DNA of 64,000 bases, from contig NC_092353.1 in the NCBI RefSeq assembly GCF_963676685.1, forward strand, positions 8,680,001 to 8,744,000, written 5' to 3'. The notes under the pieces are model-generated. The model saw nothing but the letters and a program-made list of their open reading frames with translations. It was not told where the DNA came from and made no database searches. Source of the DNA: Mytilus edulis. Its lineage: Eukaryota. Below, piece by piece: positions 35,073 to 47,750 of the stretch. Position 1 is the stretch's first letter; each line of letters opens with the position of its first letter. A program made the translations under genes and the position numbers.

Positions 35073-36499
35073 TATCTAAATAAAAGACATCTGTTATCTT
35101 GGTTATCAAGTATTATAAAATAGGTTAGTAATTGACATAATTCTGCATGTAAATAAGGACAATGAACATGATGAAGTAAATAGTGCATGTCAAATGTACA
35201 TGCAGTTACTGTTTAAACATTTCGTTTACTTTAGACAGACGACTTGATTTTCGTTGCAAGTCTCCTACCGAATGATGCGACATGGAAATCATTTCGACAT
35301 GACTATACTTTTCCTCAATTTCTATATTTAAAACGATTTAAGCTGCTTTTATTCAGGATATATATAAGTTATGTAATTACGTTACATCTAAGGAACTTTA
35401 AAAGAATAAATAATTTTAGAATGTTAATACTTTTATCCAATTGAATAAATGTGACTGGCAACCAAATTATAATATATAAATTTGATATCATTATCCACTA
35501 AACTTTTTATCATATAATCAAGTTACACAAGCAGTGTACATTGTAATATTATTATATAACGTGTATATTGAACTGTTGATACGGTTTGACCTCTATTGTT
35601 TGTCTTAAGCTTATACTAAAATGAAGTAACTTATCATGCACGGACTCATGATATAATGTTAGGGAATTAGGAATCAGAAGACCATAATTTACCCCCAAAA
35701 TAAACGGTTGCAATTTTACCTCTCAAATATAAATTACTTTTTTAGTTCATGTTTAGTTGTACCTGGTTGGAATTCTTAGGTTTCAATACAAAAATAATAT
35801 AGCAAGCTGTAGATTAAAAATGTGACATGTACTTGCTTACATCTACTTCATTTTTTCTCTATAGTGGATATTTGTCTTATTGGTATCGTAGCACGTACAT
35901 TTCCTTATTTCTAAATTAAAACTTAGAAGTACCATACAAGGTTTAATGTGTATTGACAACATTGGCCTTGACTAACACCGAACAGCAAGCTATCATGGCT
36001 ATATAGATGCCCCCATAATGACTATAGTGTAAAACTATTCAAACGGGAATTCCAACAGTCTAGTCGAGTATTCAAAAAACGAGAAAGACTTATGAACCAC
36101 ATCAGCAAACGACAACCATTGAACATCATGTTCCTGACTTAGGACACTGCAAACAAATGCAGCGGGTTTAAACGTTTAAATAGGTACCAACCTTCACCCT
36201 TACCTGAAACCATAGTGTCAGTAACATCACAAAATAGAAAGACACATGTACATTAATAGGTGCCTAGCAGTCTTTATTTGTTTATTTTTTTTCATTCATC
36301 TTTGATCCATATTATATCCTTCATAAATGAAAAAAATATTTGAAAAGCATCTACCGGAATAAAGCGTGGGATCAAAGTAAAGTTTAACAATTAGGACGTG
36401 GCACATCAATGTTTGATTTCATGATGTTTCAGGGTGTTAGTTAATGTTAATTTGGTATCACGGTTTGGTGGGATAAAGGAAAAATGTTGTCATTTAGGT

Positions 36500-36922
36500 A
36501 TGAACTATACATGAACTTACTTTGTCGGCTACACTTAGTTTGGTCCAAGGTACTGTAGTAGTCACTATTCAAAACGAAAGTAGACACGCCCCCTTAAATA
36601 TGATATGATAAAAAGGATGATTTCAATTGTACTGCTCTTCCAATTCTTAAGGATATACATTGTTCAAATATTTTTCTGACTGATATAAATTCATATTTAT
36701 AAAGAATAACATATTGATTTGAATAATTTTTAGATATTCATATAAATCAATAACCCTCAAAAATCAAATATAAATATTCTATTCGAAATCTTTCCGGTAT
36801 TCATTCTATTTTTATAAATAACCCGGAAATATTTGAATTAACCTTTGCCTCACATGTCATTGTGATTGTCAGTGTCAGGACAGAACAACGTTTCAACTTT
36901 GTTTATACATCAAGGAAAACCA
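36500..36922. promoter_or_regulatory. PDXK promoter region, possibly bidirectional with BDH2
   Basis: Directly upstream of the PDXK ATG. Contains a CACGCCCCC GC-box (36585-36593), ETS-like CCGGAA motifs (36792 minus, 36823 plus) and a minus-strand AAA|GTAAGT donor at 36521/36520. Confidence 0.4.
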
Positions 36923-39900
36923 ATGGCGAACGAAGAATGTCGTGTATTGTCGATACAAAGTACTGTCGTGTTTGGTTACGTCGGAAACAAAAGTGCTTCA
37001 TTCCCATTACAGGTGAGGTAGATCTGGAATGGTGCAAAGTCAACCTTCACGGCTTCAGCTTGTCATTGCACATAGTCACCAGCTGCCCGGTCTACCCTTA
37101 GGACAGTCTGTCTGAACTGCTTACTTGATTCTGGCTGAAAACTGATACTTAGTTTTATGCTGTCAATATATCTCAAAAAAATATTTTAAAGCTTTTACAG
37201 CTTCCTACATTTTGACCAACCAGCACTTTAAATTTATATTACTTAATTAATAGAGTTGAAATTGGGTGTCACGTTTTCTTCTTTCACATAAAATCCATGA
37301 ATATTGTTTTATACCACAAAGGGATAATGACCAGCATAATTTATTATGTGTTTATTTGAAGATCTATTTGGGGGTTAAAATCGGGAAAAAAGCCAGTTCA
37401 GACCTAGTCCAAATAATTATGACGTCTGACTAAGCTTTTTTTTTCTGGGACGCCTTCCTACGACAGCATCCCAGAGTTTTGGTCTATTTTTCGAGTACTA
37501 TATATATTCAATAGGTCAACTATATTTGGTGTATGGAAATATTTTATGATCTATTATATGTCAGTCGCGCATGTTTTATTTGACCTTGACCTCATTTTCA
37601 CAGTTCATTGCTAAGTATAAAGTATTTGTGTTTTGGTCTGTTTTTCTTCATTTATAAGCAATAGGTCAACTATATTTGTTATATGGAAGAATTATTAGCT
37701 GTACATGCCTGCCTGGCATGGATTATCTGACCTTGACCTCATTTTCATGGTTCATTGATCAATGTTTTTAAGTATTTTTGGTCAATGTTGAGTTTATGTG
37801 ACATTTGTTATAAAGCTTTATATTTAGAACTATCAACATTATATCAATGATTAGTAAAGAAGGCGAGACATTATAGCATGTGCACTATTTTTTATTTTTT
37901 GCAGTACACCTAGAAAATAACAGACGACAGTCATAGCTTTAATTTGATTCGGCATATTGACAAACAAATGTATTGTAAGCACTAATGAGCTTTTCACCAA
38001 ATATAAAAACAAATGCAATGACAAATAAAACAAGGCATGCAACATTAAAATGAATAGTATAATTAAGCAGCACCACAATAACATTATATAAAAAAAATCC
38101 AATGTAAAGTTCATTTGTATAATTGGAGATTTACAAATACACTGTAACCATGGTAAAATTGAGAAAGGAAATGGTATCTTATATTATAGTTAGGTTAAAA
38201 ATTGAGAAGTTTTTTTCTTAAACATGTTAAACAATCTTCAAAGAATGAACTAAACCACTTTTCTATTTTTGCTTTTTACAGTTCTAAGAACTAATTATAT
38301 AAGCTATCCAAGTTGAATTATTATTAGACTTTTATTATTTTTCAAAACAACCTATTTTCAATATCCAGATAATAATGTTTTGTTCTGAAATTAAATAAAC
38401 CAATCTTCCAAAACAAACAGATAAGCCCAAATCGTCATGATAGTATATAACTATCTTCTCTGGTTTTTGTTGTAAAATAAACTAACTAAGCTTGACATAC
38501 ATTGCAGTTTCTGACATTTTTGTTTTTACTTGCAGCTCCTCGGTTTTGATGTTAGTACAATAAACTCAGTACAATTTTCTAACCACACAGGTAAAGTATG
38601 AATAAATTCATTAAACATTTATTTTATCAGAAAATCTAACAAATGGAAGAGGCAATAAGACCCTTATCTGGCATGTCTGGCCCAAACATAAGTACATATA
38701 CAAATTAAAAATTAATTATACACATACTTTATATGCCCATTTACGGGACATTTTATGGTATACCATGAGTGTTGACTGTCTATCTGTCAATCCCATGTCA
38801 ACATGTTTGACATTAACTCAGAAAGGATTTAACCAATATGCATTAAACTTTGGTGAATTGTTATAATATCTATTGATGTGAGCTTCCTTTTGTTTTTTAT
38901 GAATTTCAGATTTAACATAAAATTTTAGTGTTTTGGGGTTTTATTCATTTAAACATGTTAAAAAAAGGGTGATTTTCCAGTTTTCTGTCAATAACTCAAG
39001 AATGATTTCACCAAATTGCAAGGTGAATTTTGGTGAATTGTTTATATCTATTGACATGAGCTCCTATATGATTTTTATAAATTTTTGAATTTATATTTCA
39101 GAGTTACAGGGTTTTATTCACAAAAAGGGGGGGATTTTCCAGTTTCCAGACAATTACTAAAAAATGCTTTCAGCAGTTCTCATGAAACTTTGGTGAATTG
39201 TTTATATTAGTTGACGTAAGCTCCCTTTAGGAATTTATAAATAACAGGCTATTATTTGAACTTGAAATTATTTTTAATTATGGAATTTGCATAATTTCTT
39301 GTGTTTAAAATTTTTGATGAATTCCATGGTTATTTTGTATTATAATGTTTTGATCAGTGCATAACACTTTCCACACAATGTATTTTGTATAGATAGTGTT
39401 GTGCATGGCACAGTACATTCTATTGAAAATGTGCTATCTTCTTTGTAATAGAAAGTGTTGTGCGCAGCACAGAACATTATAATACAGAATAAACATGGAA
39501 TTCATTAAAAATTTCGAGCACAAGAAATTATGAAAATTCCATAATTAAAAATAATTCCAAGTTCAAATAATAGCCTGTTAAATTTTACTTTTCTGAGTGC
39601 TTTCAGCAGTTCTCATGAAACTTTGGTGCATTATTTATAGCTATTGATGTAATTTGCCTATGATTGACTTTCATAAATTTCAAATATGACATTGAGAAGA
39701 AATTGAATTTTATTTGTTTATAGTCGGACAACAGATTTACTAAGTATTGTGCAAGTTCAACAGCACAGTATTGCGCAACATCAAGAAATCTTTAATTATT
39801 CATATAACCAATTTCAAGTTCTTTGACTACATTTAATCAGAAACCTATAATATGTCAAATATTTAATTTCAATCCAAATTCAGACCTTTATCAAGCATGA

Positions 39901-42900
39901 ATATTGTTTCCATTTTTGTCCCAGCTGTTCAGGGTTGGACCTCTGCGGCAGTATCTATTTACCCTCAGCGAAGAAGCTTTTTTTTATTTACAACCTAAAC
40001 AATCATGTGCTGAAGTAAAGTACAGAAAATTTAAACAGGAAGTCCATTCTCAAAACAACACCATAAGGTGATAATTACAGTGATACGTACCACAAGTTGT
40101 GTGTTCAGACATTATAAGAAGTGATAAAAGACTTTCTCAAAATCTTCCGGTAATTTAACCCTTTCTGGACCCATTGTTTCAGTGTTTTATTGATGATGAT
40201 TTCAGTAGATGATTGGATAAGTTAATAGATCATTATCAGCTCTCTGAATCACTCCAATGTGCTAACCATGCTAACAGGTGTTTGAAAAATTGACATCTTT
40301 ATAATTGTATGACATAGAGATCCAGATTGTGGAAGGCACTCAAAAGGGATTTTAATGAAAAAGAAATTGAAAATCATCTAGAGAAACTGATTCTCTCACA
40401 TATTATTGGATTTATCTAAAGGAGCCTCAGACTTTGAAATTAAATAATTTACTTTTTCTATTAGATACATCAAATAACCATCTGGTACAAATGTTAGAAT
40501 CTATATTTCTTGTGTATCAATATCATGCTGTACTCAGAACATGCAATCCTTCCTGCAATGATCATTGATTTAATCCTTGTGAATAATGAAATATATATCA
40601 TATTACCATTTGTTATCCATATTTTGTATTAAACATGATAAAGGTGTACAAAAACTACTAGCACTTGAAGTGGTCTATTGAAACAGCACAGAAATCTGTT
40701 GACTGTAAATCAATCTTATTTTTTCAGGTTATGGAAAATTCAAAGGACAAGTTTTGAATGATGATGATGTTGAATGTTTATATGAAGGCCTCAAAGAAAA
40801 CAATATACATAACTTTACTCATTTACTGACAGGTAAAGTCTTCTTAAAATTTGGGGAAGGCTGCAAATGTAAACTGATTCTATGAAAATGTGATTGACAC
40901 ACAGAATTGAGCCTGAGAAAGCCTTTGTTTGTAATGTGTTATTATCCTCATATTATACAGAGACGTTTTTAGACTTATAATGGTTTAATAAGCTTTTGAT
41001 AAACATTACGTCAGAACATGAAAATCCAGTAGGATATTCAAACCAGAAAGTAATCTGTAAGTTAAGGCAAAGACACAGAATTGCTATTACAACCATAGAA
41101 ATATCATATTCATAGTGTGTAGAGATAAGGCCAAATAAAAATATATGTGTGGTTCCAGTTACCTGACAGAGCGTAGTTTAAAATCCTGACCCTAGAACAC
41201 TTTTTTTTATTTCTGAATAATAGATTTTCAAACAATCAAATTTTGAGGATTGTGAACTAAAATAATTAAATTCATAGATTTCTGTCATCTGAATTTCCAT
41301 CAGAAGTATGTGTTATGGCTAAAATGCAAGAATTCATAACAAAATGCAACAAAATCAACTAGAAACGTAAATGACTGTCTTTATTTTGCAACCAAACACT
41401 TTAAAAATGGCCGACTTCCAGTTAGGGGTGTGCATAATACCAGAAACAATAAACAACTTTCGAGTTCCATGCATTTCAGACAAAACTCTGGTTTTAGTGA
41501 ACATCATTCGTGCGTTTAAGGGCCTCGTCACATCTGTTCCAATGTTGAGAGAGTGGTTGGAAAACAATAATTATACTATATTGCAATAATTATTCGGCAA
41601 ATTAAATTCTCATAATTGACAATCAGCACTGCTATCATTATAGGGAATTGTGATTAAGTACTTACAAAACGAACATTATTTCTAGCTTATCCTGCACAAT
41701 GACGATCACTAAGACGCTTGATGAATGTTGATAGTGCAGTGATACAGGCAATCCCCTCTATATGGTAAATTTAAATGACATCATAAAGATGCGCATAATT
41801 GACGAGTTTTTTCTGGTGAAGGATGAACTCGAAAGTGGTCTTTTTCGGTAAGCACACAATTTTTTTCTGGATTTTGACAATCCAAAATAACAAATTTAGA
41901 AAAAAAATAAAAAATTGCTGACCTTAGCTGACCCTATTTTTTTAAAAGTATGTAACTAGAATCACACATATATTTTAATTTGGCTTTAGATAAACAATAA
42001 ACATTGATGCATTATAATTCTAGTCTTTAGTTCATCTTGTATAATTCTGTTCATTTAAAAGTAAATTTAAAATTGAGAATGGAAATGGGGAATGTGCCAA
42101 AGAGACAACAACCCGACCATAGAAAAAAACACAACAGCAGAAGGTCACCAACAGGTCTTCAATGTAGCGAAAAATTCCCGCAACCTGAGGCGTCCTTCAA
42201 CTGGCCCCTAAACAAATATATACTAGTTCAGTGATAATGAACGCCATACTAATTTCCAAATTGTACACAAGAAACCTGAACAAAACCAGACTTGACAGGG
42301 TAAAGCAAAAAGTAAAATAACAAAAGTACTGAACTTTGGGGAAAGTTAAAAAATAAAGTCTCTAATCAAATGGCAAAATCAAAAGATCAAACACGTCAAA
42401 AGAATGGATAACAACAAATTAGAACACATTAGAATTATGAAACTAAGAATCTATTTTTTTTTTATTTAGGGTATATCGGATCCAAATCATTCTTACAGAA
42501 GGTAGGAGATATTATAAAAGATATGAAGAAAACTAATCCTACACTGACATATGGCAAGTAATTATATTGATAATATTCTATTCTGTAGTCCAATATCTCT
42601 TTATTTTTAAATCAATGGTGGAGGATAGATCTTTTAGAGAAATATTCTTTGTTTATCATATCTATCTTTATGCTGGTCATATTTCCTTATTAATTCACAT
42701 ATATCTCACCAAATAAATGACATGACAATGTAAGTATCATTAGCCTGTAATTAAGAAGGTATTCTAATTAGAAATCTTCATTTTGATATAAAAAGACACA
42801 ATTTTTTTTTCATATTTATAAAAACATGTGTGTGAGGTCACAATGAATAATGAAACTTGCATTTCTGTTGTAATTGGAAGAAAGCTGGGGGTCTGAAATG

Positions 42901-45900
42901 ATATAACTGTGTGTGTTGCATGCTACATTTAAAAAAACATCTGAATAAAACAAGTATTAAATATACTTGTGTACTTTTAAAATATTTATAAAAAATAACT
43001 GGCATTCTTTAAAAACACCAGTGTTCATTCATACAGTTTTTGTTTTCAGTGTGTGATCCAGTAATGGGAGACAATGGTAAAATGGTAGGTTGTCATGGTA
43101 ACCACATTATGGTAATGTTATTAAGTTTTACTATATATAAACAGATGTGAATATAATCAGAGAAGAACATCTGAGACACTTCCACAGAAGGACATCGTGA
43201 GATGGTGTTTAAGTTTGAAAACAGTTTTAGTGCTTTGCATACAACAAGTATGTGTTATTTGCAAAAAATGGTTGTATGAGTCTTTTTATGAACATGATGA
43301 AACAGAAGTAAGTTTTTGTAAATCAAAAATTTCATATTAGCTTATTCAAAATGGAAATATAGAACCACAGAACTTTTTTTTTTATCTTTATGCTGAAATT
43401 AATGAATTGTAGACAATTCATGGTGATGATTGCTTTCAACATGATGGGTTTAAAGAACCAGATGTATAAAGTTGCATACATGATGCCCTATTTTAAGAGA
43501 AGAGAAAAAACATGCTTATATTTTTATAGACTAATGTATTACTTTATAGTATGTTCCAGAAGAGTTGTTACCTGTATATAAAGAGACAATTTTACCTCTA
43601 GCTGATATTATTACACCAAACCAGTACGAAGCTGAGTAAGTCATTTCAGTTGTCATTGTTTGTTAGGGTTCCTTTATTGAAGATGGAACCTAAAAGTATT
43701 TTGTAAGATTAAAGCAATGAATTAAAAAATGTTAAATGAATGAATGAATGAATGAATTCTTTATTTGCAAAGCAGTAGTTACATGCTATAGCAACACAAA
43801 TATATTTACATTGTGACACACAATAAACAACAGAGAACAATATAATAAGATATTACAATAGAAAAATTATCAACTTATTAGATGTGATCTAATCTGCCAG
43901 GTAGATTTTAAATAATTACATAATTTTCCAACTAAGGATCTAGATTTTGTTTGATACAGATACATAAGTTTTGTCCCATTTGGCCACGAACAGTAATAAT
44001 TTGGTAAAAACTGCAGCCGTACATGTCTATACACAGGACACACTAACGTAAAATGGTACTCATCTTCAACACTTTTCATATTACAGCAAGTATATAATCT
44101 GTTTTCTCTTAGTATATTTGTATAACGCCCCACCTCAACATTTAACTTCATAAAAATGTTGATATACATATTAAATATGTAAGGATATGCTGTATGATTG
44201 CTGATGAGACCAGCTAAACAACAGAGACATAATCATGTTTATATAGTGTATGTATGATTGCTAATGAGACCAGCTAAACAACAGAGACATAATCATGATT
44301 ATAAAGAGTATGTATGATTGCTTATGAGACCAGCTAAACAACTGAGACATAATCATGATTATATAGTGTATGTAAGATTGCTAATGAGACCAGCTAAACA
44401 ACTGAGACATAATCATGATTATATAGTGTATGTAAGATTGCTAATGAGACCAGCTAAACAACTGAGACATAATCATGATTATATAGTGTATGTAAGATTG
44501 CTAATGAGACCATCTAAACAACTGAGACATAATCATGATTATATAGTGTATGTAAGATTGCTAATGAGACCAGCTAAACAACTGAGACATAATCATGATT
44601 ATATAGTGTATGTAAGATTGCTGATGAGACCAGCTAAACAACTGAGATATAATCATGATTATATATTGTATGTAAGATTGCTAATGAGACCAGCTAAACA
44701 ACTGAGACATTTTCTTGATTATATAGTGTATGTAAGATTGCTAATGAGACCAGCTAAACAACTGAGACAAAATCATGATTATATCGTGTATGTAAGATTG
44801 CTGATGAGACCAGCTAAACAACTGAGACATAATCATGAATATATAGTGTATGTAAGATTGCTAATGAGACCAGCTAAACAACTGAGACATAATCATGATT
44901 ATATAGTGTATGTAAGGTTGCTAATGAGACCAGCTAAACAACTGAGACATAATCATGATTATATAGTGTTTGTAAGATTGCTAATGAGACCAGCTAAACA
45001 ACTGAGACATAATCATGATTATATAGTGTATGTAAGATTGCTAATGAGACCAGCTAAACAACTGAGACATAATCATGATTATATAGTGTTAGAAGCAATG
45101 GATAGTGTTTTGAAAAAAATTGTCCCATTCAATCTGCAGTCCAAAAGTAGTATCATGAGTATACAAAATATATATTTTGTTTATTATTTGATTTTTGTCA
45201 CATACAAATATGACGACCTGCTTCTATGTCTTCAACACACTTATTAATAATACACCAAAATCTTAACCATGTATGCAATAACTGTGTTTGCATTACTCCT
45301 TATTAAAAAGCTAGACATGTTAAACATTTATTTAAGCTGGTCAATTTAAAAGAATTAGATTATTAAAATCAAACTGATTGTTCTAGATCTTATTTTCATG
45401 CCATGAGATGTGATGAAAGGTAACAGAGCATTGAGTGTTCAAACAAATCCTGTTTCATTGTACTTTCAGTTCAAAGGACTGATAAAATTGAAACAAGTTG
45501 TGAATGCTTTATATAACATGTTAGTTTATCAGTTAACAGACACAAACAACAACAACAACAAGTAAAAAGTAATTGAAATACATTGAAAAACATAACAAAA
45601 CTAATTGTCAGATCTACAGGGTATGAATTATACTGATTAAATTTGTGCAAATTTGGGTTGTCTCCCTTTAACTCATCTCCAGTTAATTCCCCTTGAGTAA
45701 ATTTTGATAATATTAGATTGTAATTACTGTTCTGCTGGTTTAAAGATAAGAAGTATCGACTATTTCATATATAAGATGTGTCAAGTAAATGTTTGTTTCG
45801 GCTGTGAAACCTTCTATTTACAGATTGTTGACAGGGAGATCTATAAACAGTGAAGAAGAGGCCCTGCTGGCAATGGACGATCTCCACAACATGGGTCCAC

Positions 45901-47750
45901 AGACTGTTGTTATAAGTAGTAGTAACCTTGGTAGTAATGGTACCATAATGAGCTTAGCTAGCACAGTTAAAAGTAAGTTCTGGTAGCAGTCCAAGCTATT
46001 TTAAAGAATTTATTATTATTTTATTTATACTCAATATTTGTATACTTTTAAACATAGCACTTATAGTTGTTACATGCAGCTTTTTACCTTTTGCTGTAAA
46101 TTGTTGACTGAGCTCAAATTGACAATTTTCTTTTTTCAGATGGTTGTAAAGAAAAATTCAAGATAGAGTTTAAACTCCTACCAGCCATATTTGTAGGAAC
46201 CGGTGATTTATTTGCAGCATGCTTAATGGCCTGGATGCAGACAGATAAAAAGTTACAGGTAATCATAAACAAATAGATTAATTTTTTTAGTCCTACTCAA
46301 GTACAACCATGAAATAAGAGTTCACTGTCCAGGTAGAAAAAAATTCCTATTTTTAAAACCAGCGGTATTTAAAGTCAGGAGCTTTAGGGTCAGTAAGATA
46401 TTTTCAAATTAACTATATAACTGAAATGAAATGTCATAGAAGACATCCATATCTATTTTATGAGGGTGGTAAAGGGTATTGGTGCAATGTGTTTTGCCAT
46501 TTTTATTTCTTGTGCAGCAGTGAAAAATGTTCGCTATTCTCCTTGTTTCATGAAATCAGTTAAAAAATGATCAATGTGCAAGACATTTTTGGTTGTTCTT
46601 TCATCGTGAAATGGCAATGTGATTTTGCGTTCTTCCTTGCAGATACCCCCTTTTACGCCCCTCTTTTATAAATTGTAAATTGAACTACTAATTATTTAAT
46701 AGAGGTTTTCGTATGCCTTCTTCAAATTGGTAATGTTAAGAGTGGAATAGTACAGATTTGCATATCAATATTAAATCAGTTTATCAAGTTGCTACTGTAG
46801 AAAGTAATATTGTTTTATTGGAAAATTTCTATCTTGTACATGCTTTATATTTTATTTTTCAGGTAGCTTTAGAGAAAACTTTATCTACCTTACAAGCTGT
46901 GATTAAAAGAACACTAACATATGCTCAAGGTAATTAGTTTTAAAGATGTCAGATAGAATAGTCATTAATCAGTTTTTAACAAACATATTGGATATTTATT
47001 TATGTAACAATCATTAAAAGGAAACATTAATTACCCTAAATTAAGGACAGTACATTGAACCATATCAATGTGTTTCTGTGTGTATCATCAGGTTTTTGCC
47101 TTATTGACATATATACTCTATATGTTGTATTGTAATGTGAGTAACTGATTACATTTTAGTTCTGGATGACATTTGTTGTTTTTTTACTTTAAGATAACCT
47201 CCCTTAGATTAAAATTAAGATAAAATAATGAAATTATAATTATCGATTTTTCAGGCTTTTAAAGGCATTTCTATCTGAAATGTTAACAAAGTAAAACTTG
47301 CCATAGATGATATAAACTAGAAACAGGTTGACTTCTCTGTCAAAAGTATTGTTTACTAGATAAATTTTAATATGAATTAAGAGTATCTTTACATGATTAT
47401 TCTTCATGGGATGTAAAAGACCTCCATTGATTTTAGGGTCAACATCTTGAATATCAAGGTCACAGCAGTTATTGGTATATTGTAACTTGGCAAACTTTTA
47501 GATTTAAGATATGCCTTCACCCATATGGTCATATTTTACCAAAATATTAGGTCAATGATTCCCTTTTGTAATGAAACCTTTGACTTAAATAGGCTTTCAT
47601 ATTATAACATTAATCATATAATATTTATCTATTACAGAACAAGCAGGACCTGGTAACACACCAAACTCAGCACAGATGGAACTAAGACTAGTACATAGTA
47701 AAAAAGACATTGAGAGCCCTAACATTATCTATAAAGCTGTCCCACTTTGA
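36923..47750 (+). CDS. PDXK: pyridoxal kinase, 10 coding exons
   Basis: Exons: 36923-37012, 38536-38590, 40728-40832, 42470-42553, 43050-43084, 43550-43635, 45824-45972, 46140-46258, 46863-46929, 47638-47750. Motifs [58 protein letters not shown] and [13 protein letters not shown]. Phases are consistent; intron 4 has a GC donor. Confidence 0.95.
37440..37890. repeat. decayed HINE-like repeat in PDXK intron 1
   Basis: Two internal units (AATAGGTCAACTATATTTG...TGACCTTGACCTCATTTTCA) and an inverted CGCCTTC/GAAGGCG pair near the ends. Confidence 0.5.
39244..39578. mobile_element. MITE with long terminal inverted repeats and TA target duplication
   Basis: TA-ACAGGCTATTATTTGAACTTG...CAAGTTCAAATAATAGCCTGT-TA, with imperfect arms over 80 bp. 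It is inserted into an older ~170-bp tandem-repeat element (~38730-39700). Confidence 0.85.
41128..41986. mobile_element. non-autonomous DNA transposon with ~35-bp TIRs, TA-flanked (PDXK intron 3)
   Basis: TA-AGGCCAAATAAAAATATATGTGTGGTTCCAGTTAC ... GTAACTAGAATCACACATATATTTTAATTTGGCTT-TA (4 mismatches). Confidence 0.8.
42068..42273 (-). mobile_element. third, shorter 3'-terminal fragment of the same Penelope-like family (PDXK intron 3)
   Basis: Near-identical to 52625-52832 (AAATTGAGAATGGAAATGG...TTGTACACAAGAAAC). Confidence 0.85.
43735..44170 (-). mobile_element. 5'-truncated LINE 3' end in PDXK intron 6
   Basis: LNVEVGRY...[19 protein letters not shown] knuckle like the inner LINE ORF2 end, followed by AATAAAGAATT and a (CATT)n tail at 43757-43735. 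Confidence 0.85.
44190..45089. repeat. 60-bp minisatellite, about 15 near-identical units
   Basis: Unit GATTGCTAATGAGACCAGCTAAACAACTGAGACATAATCATGATTATATAGTGTATGTAA repeats in register with the 60-nt lines. Confidence 0.97.

Larger units (their letters stand above)
26091..35300 (-). mobile_element. outer non-LTR retrotransposon (APE-RT LINE), interrupted by a nested LINE and internally deleted
   Basis: ORF1 35072-34115 with a frameshift, ORF2 endonuclease part 34102-~33470, ORF2 RT part ~28390-26313, 3' UTR ending in ATTAAAGAT plus a (ATGA)n tail at 26103-26091. The 5' boundary is approximate. Confidence 0.85.

Noticed and set aside
35100-35460. Target-site duplication for the outer LINE
   Set aside because: I found no exact direct match to the sequence flanking the (ATGA)n tail at ~26075-26090, so the 5' boundary is left approximate.
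44190-45089. CRISPR-like array or tandem hammerheads (CTGATGAG in some units)
   Set aside because: There are no unique spacers and the context is eukaryotic. Units lack the GAAA and stems needed for a hammerhead, and most read CTAATGAG.
44318-45247. 309-aa repetitive ORF ([20 protein letters not shown])n
   Set aside because: It is a by-product of a 60-bp (multiple of 3) intronic minisatellite. It has a TTG start, the first units contain TGA, and the array is absent from the spliced PDXK model.
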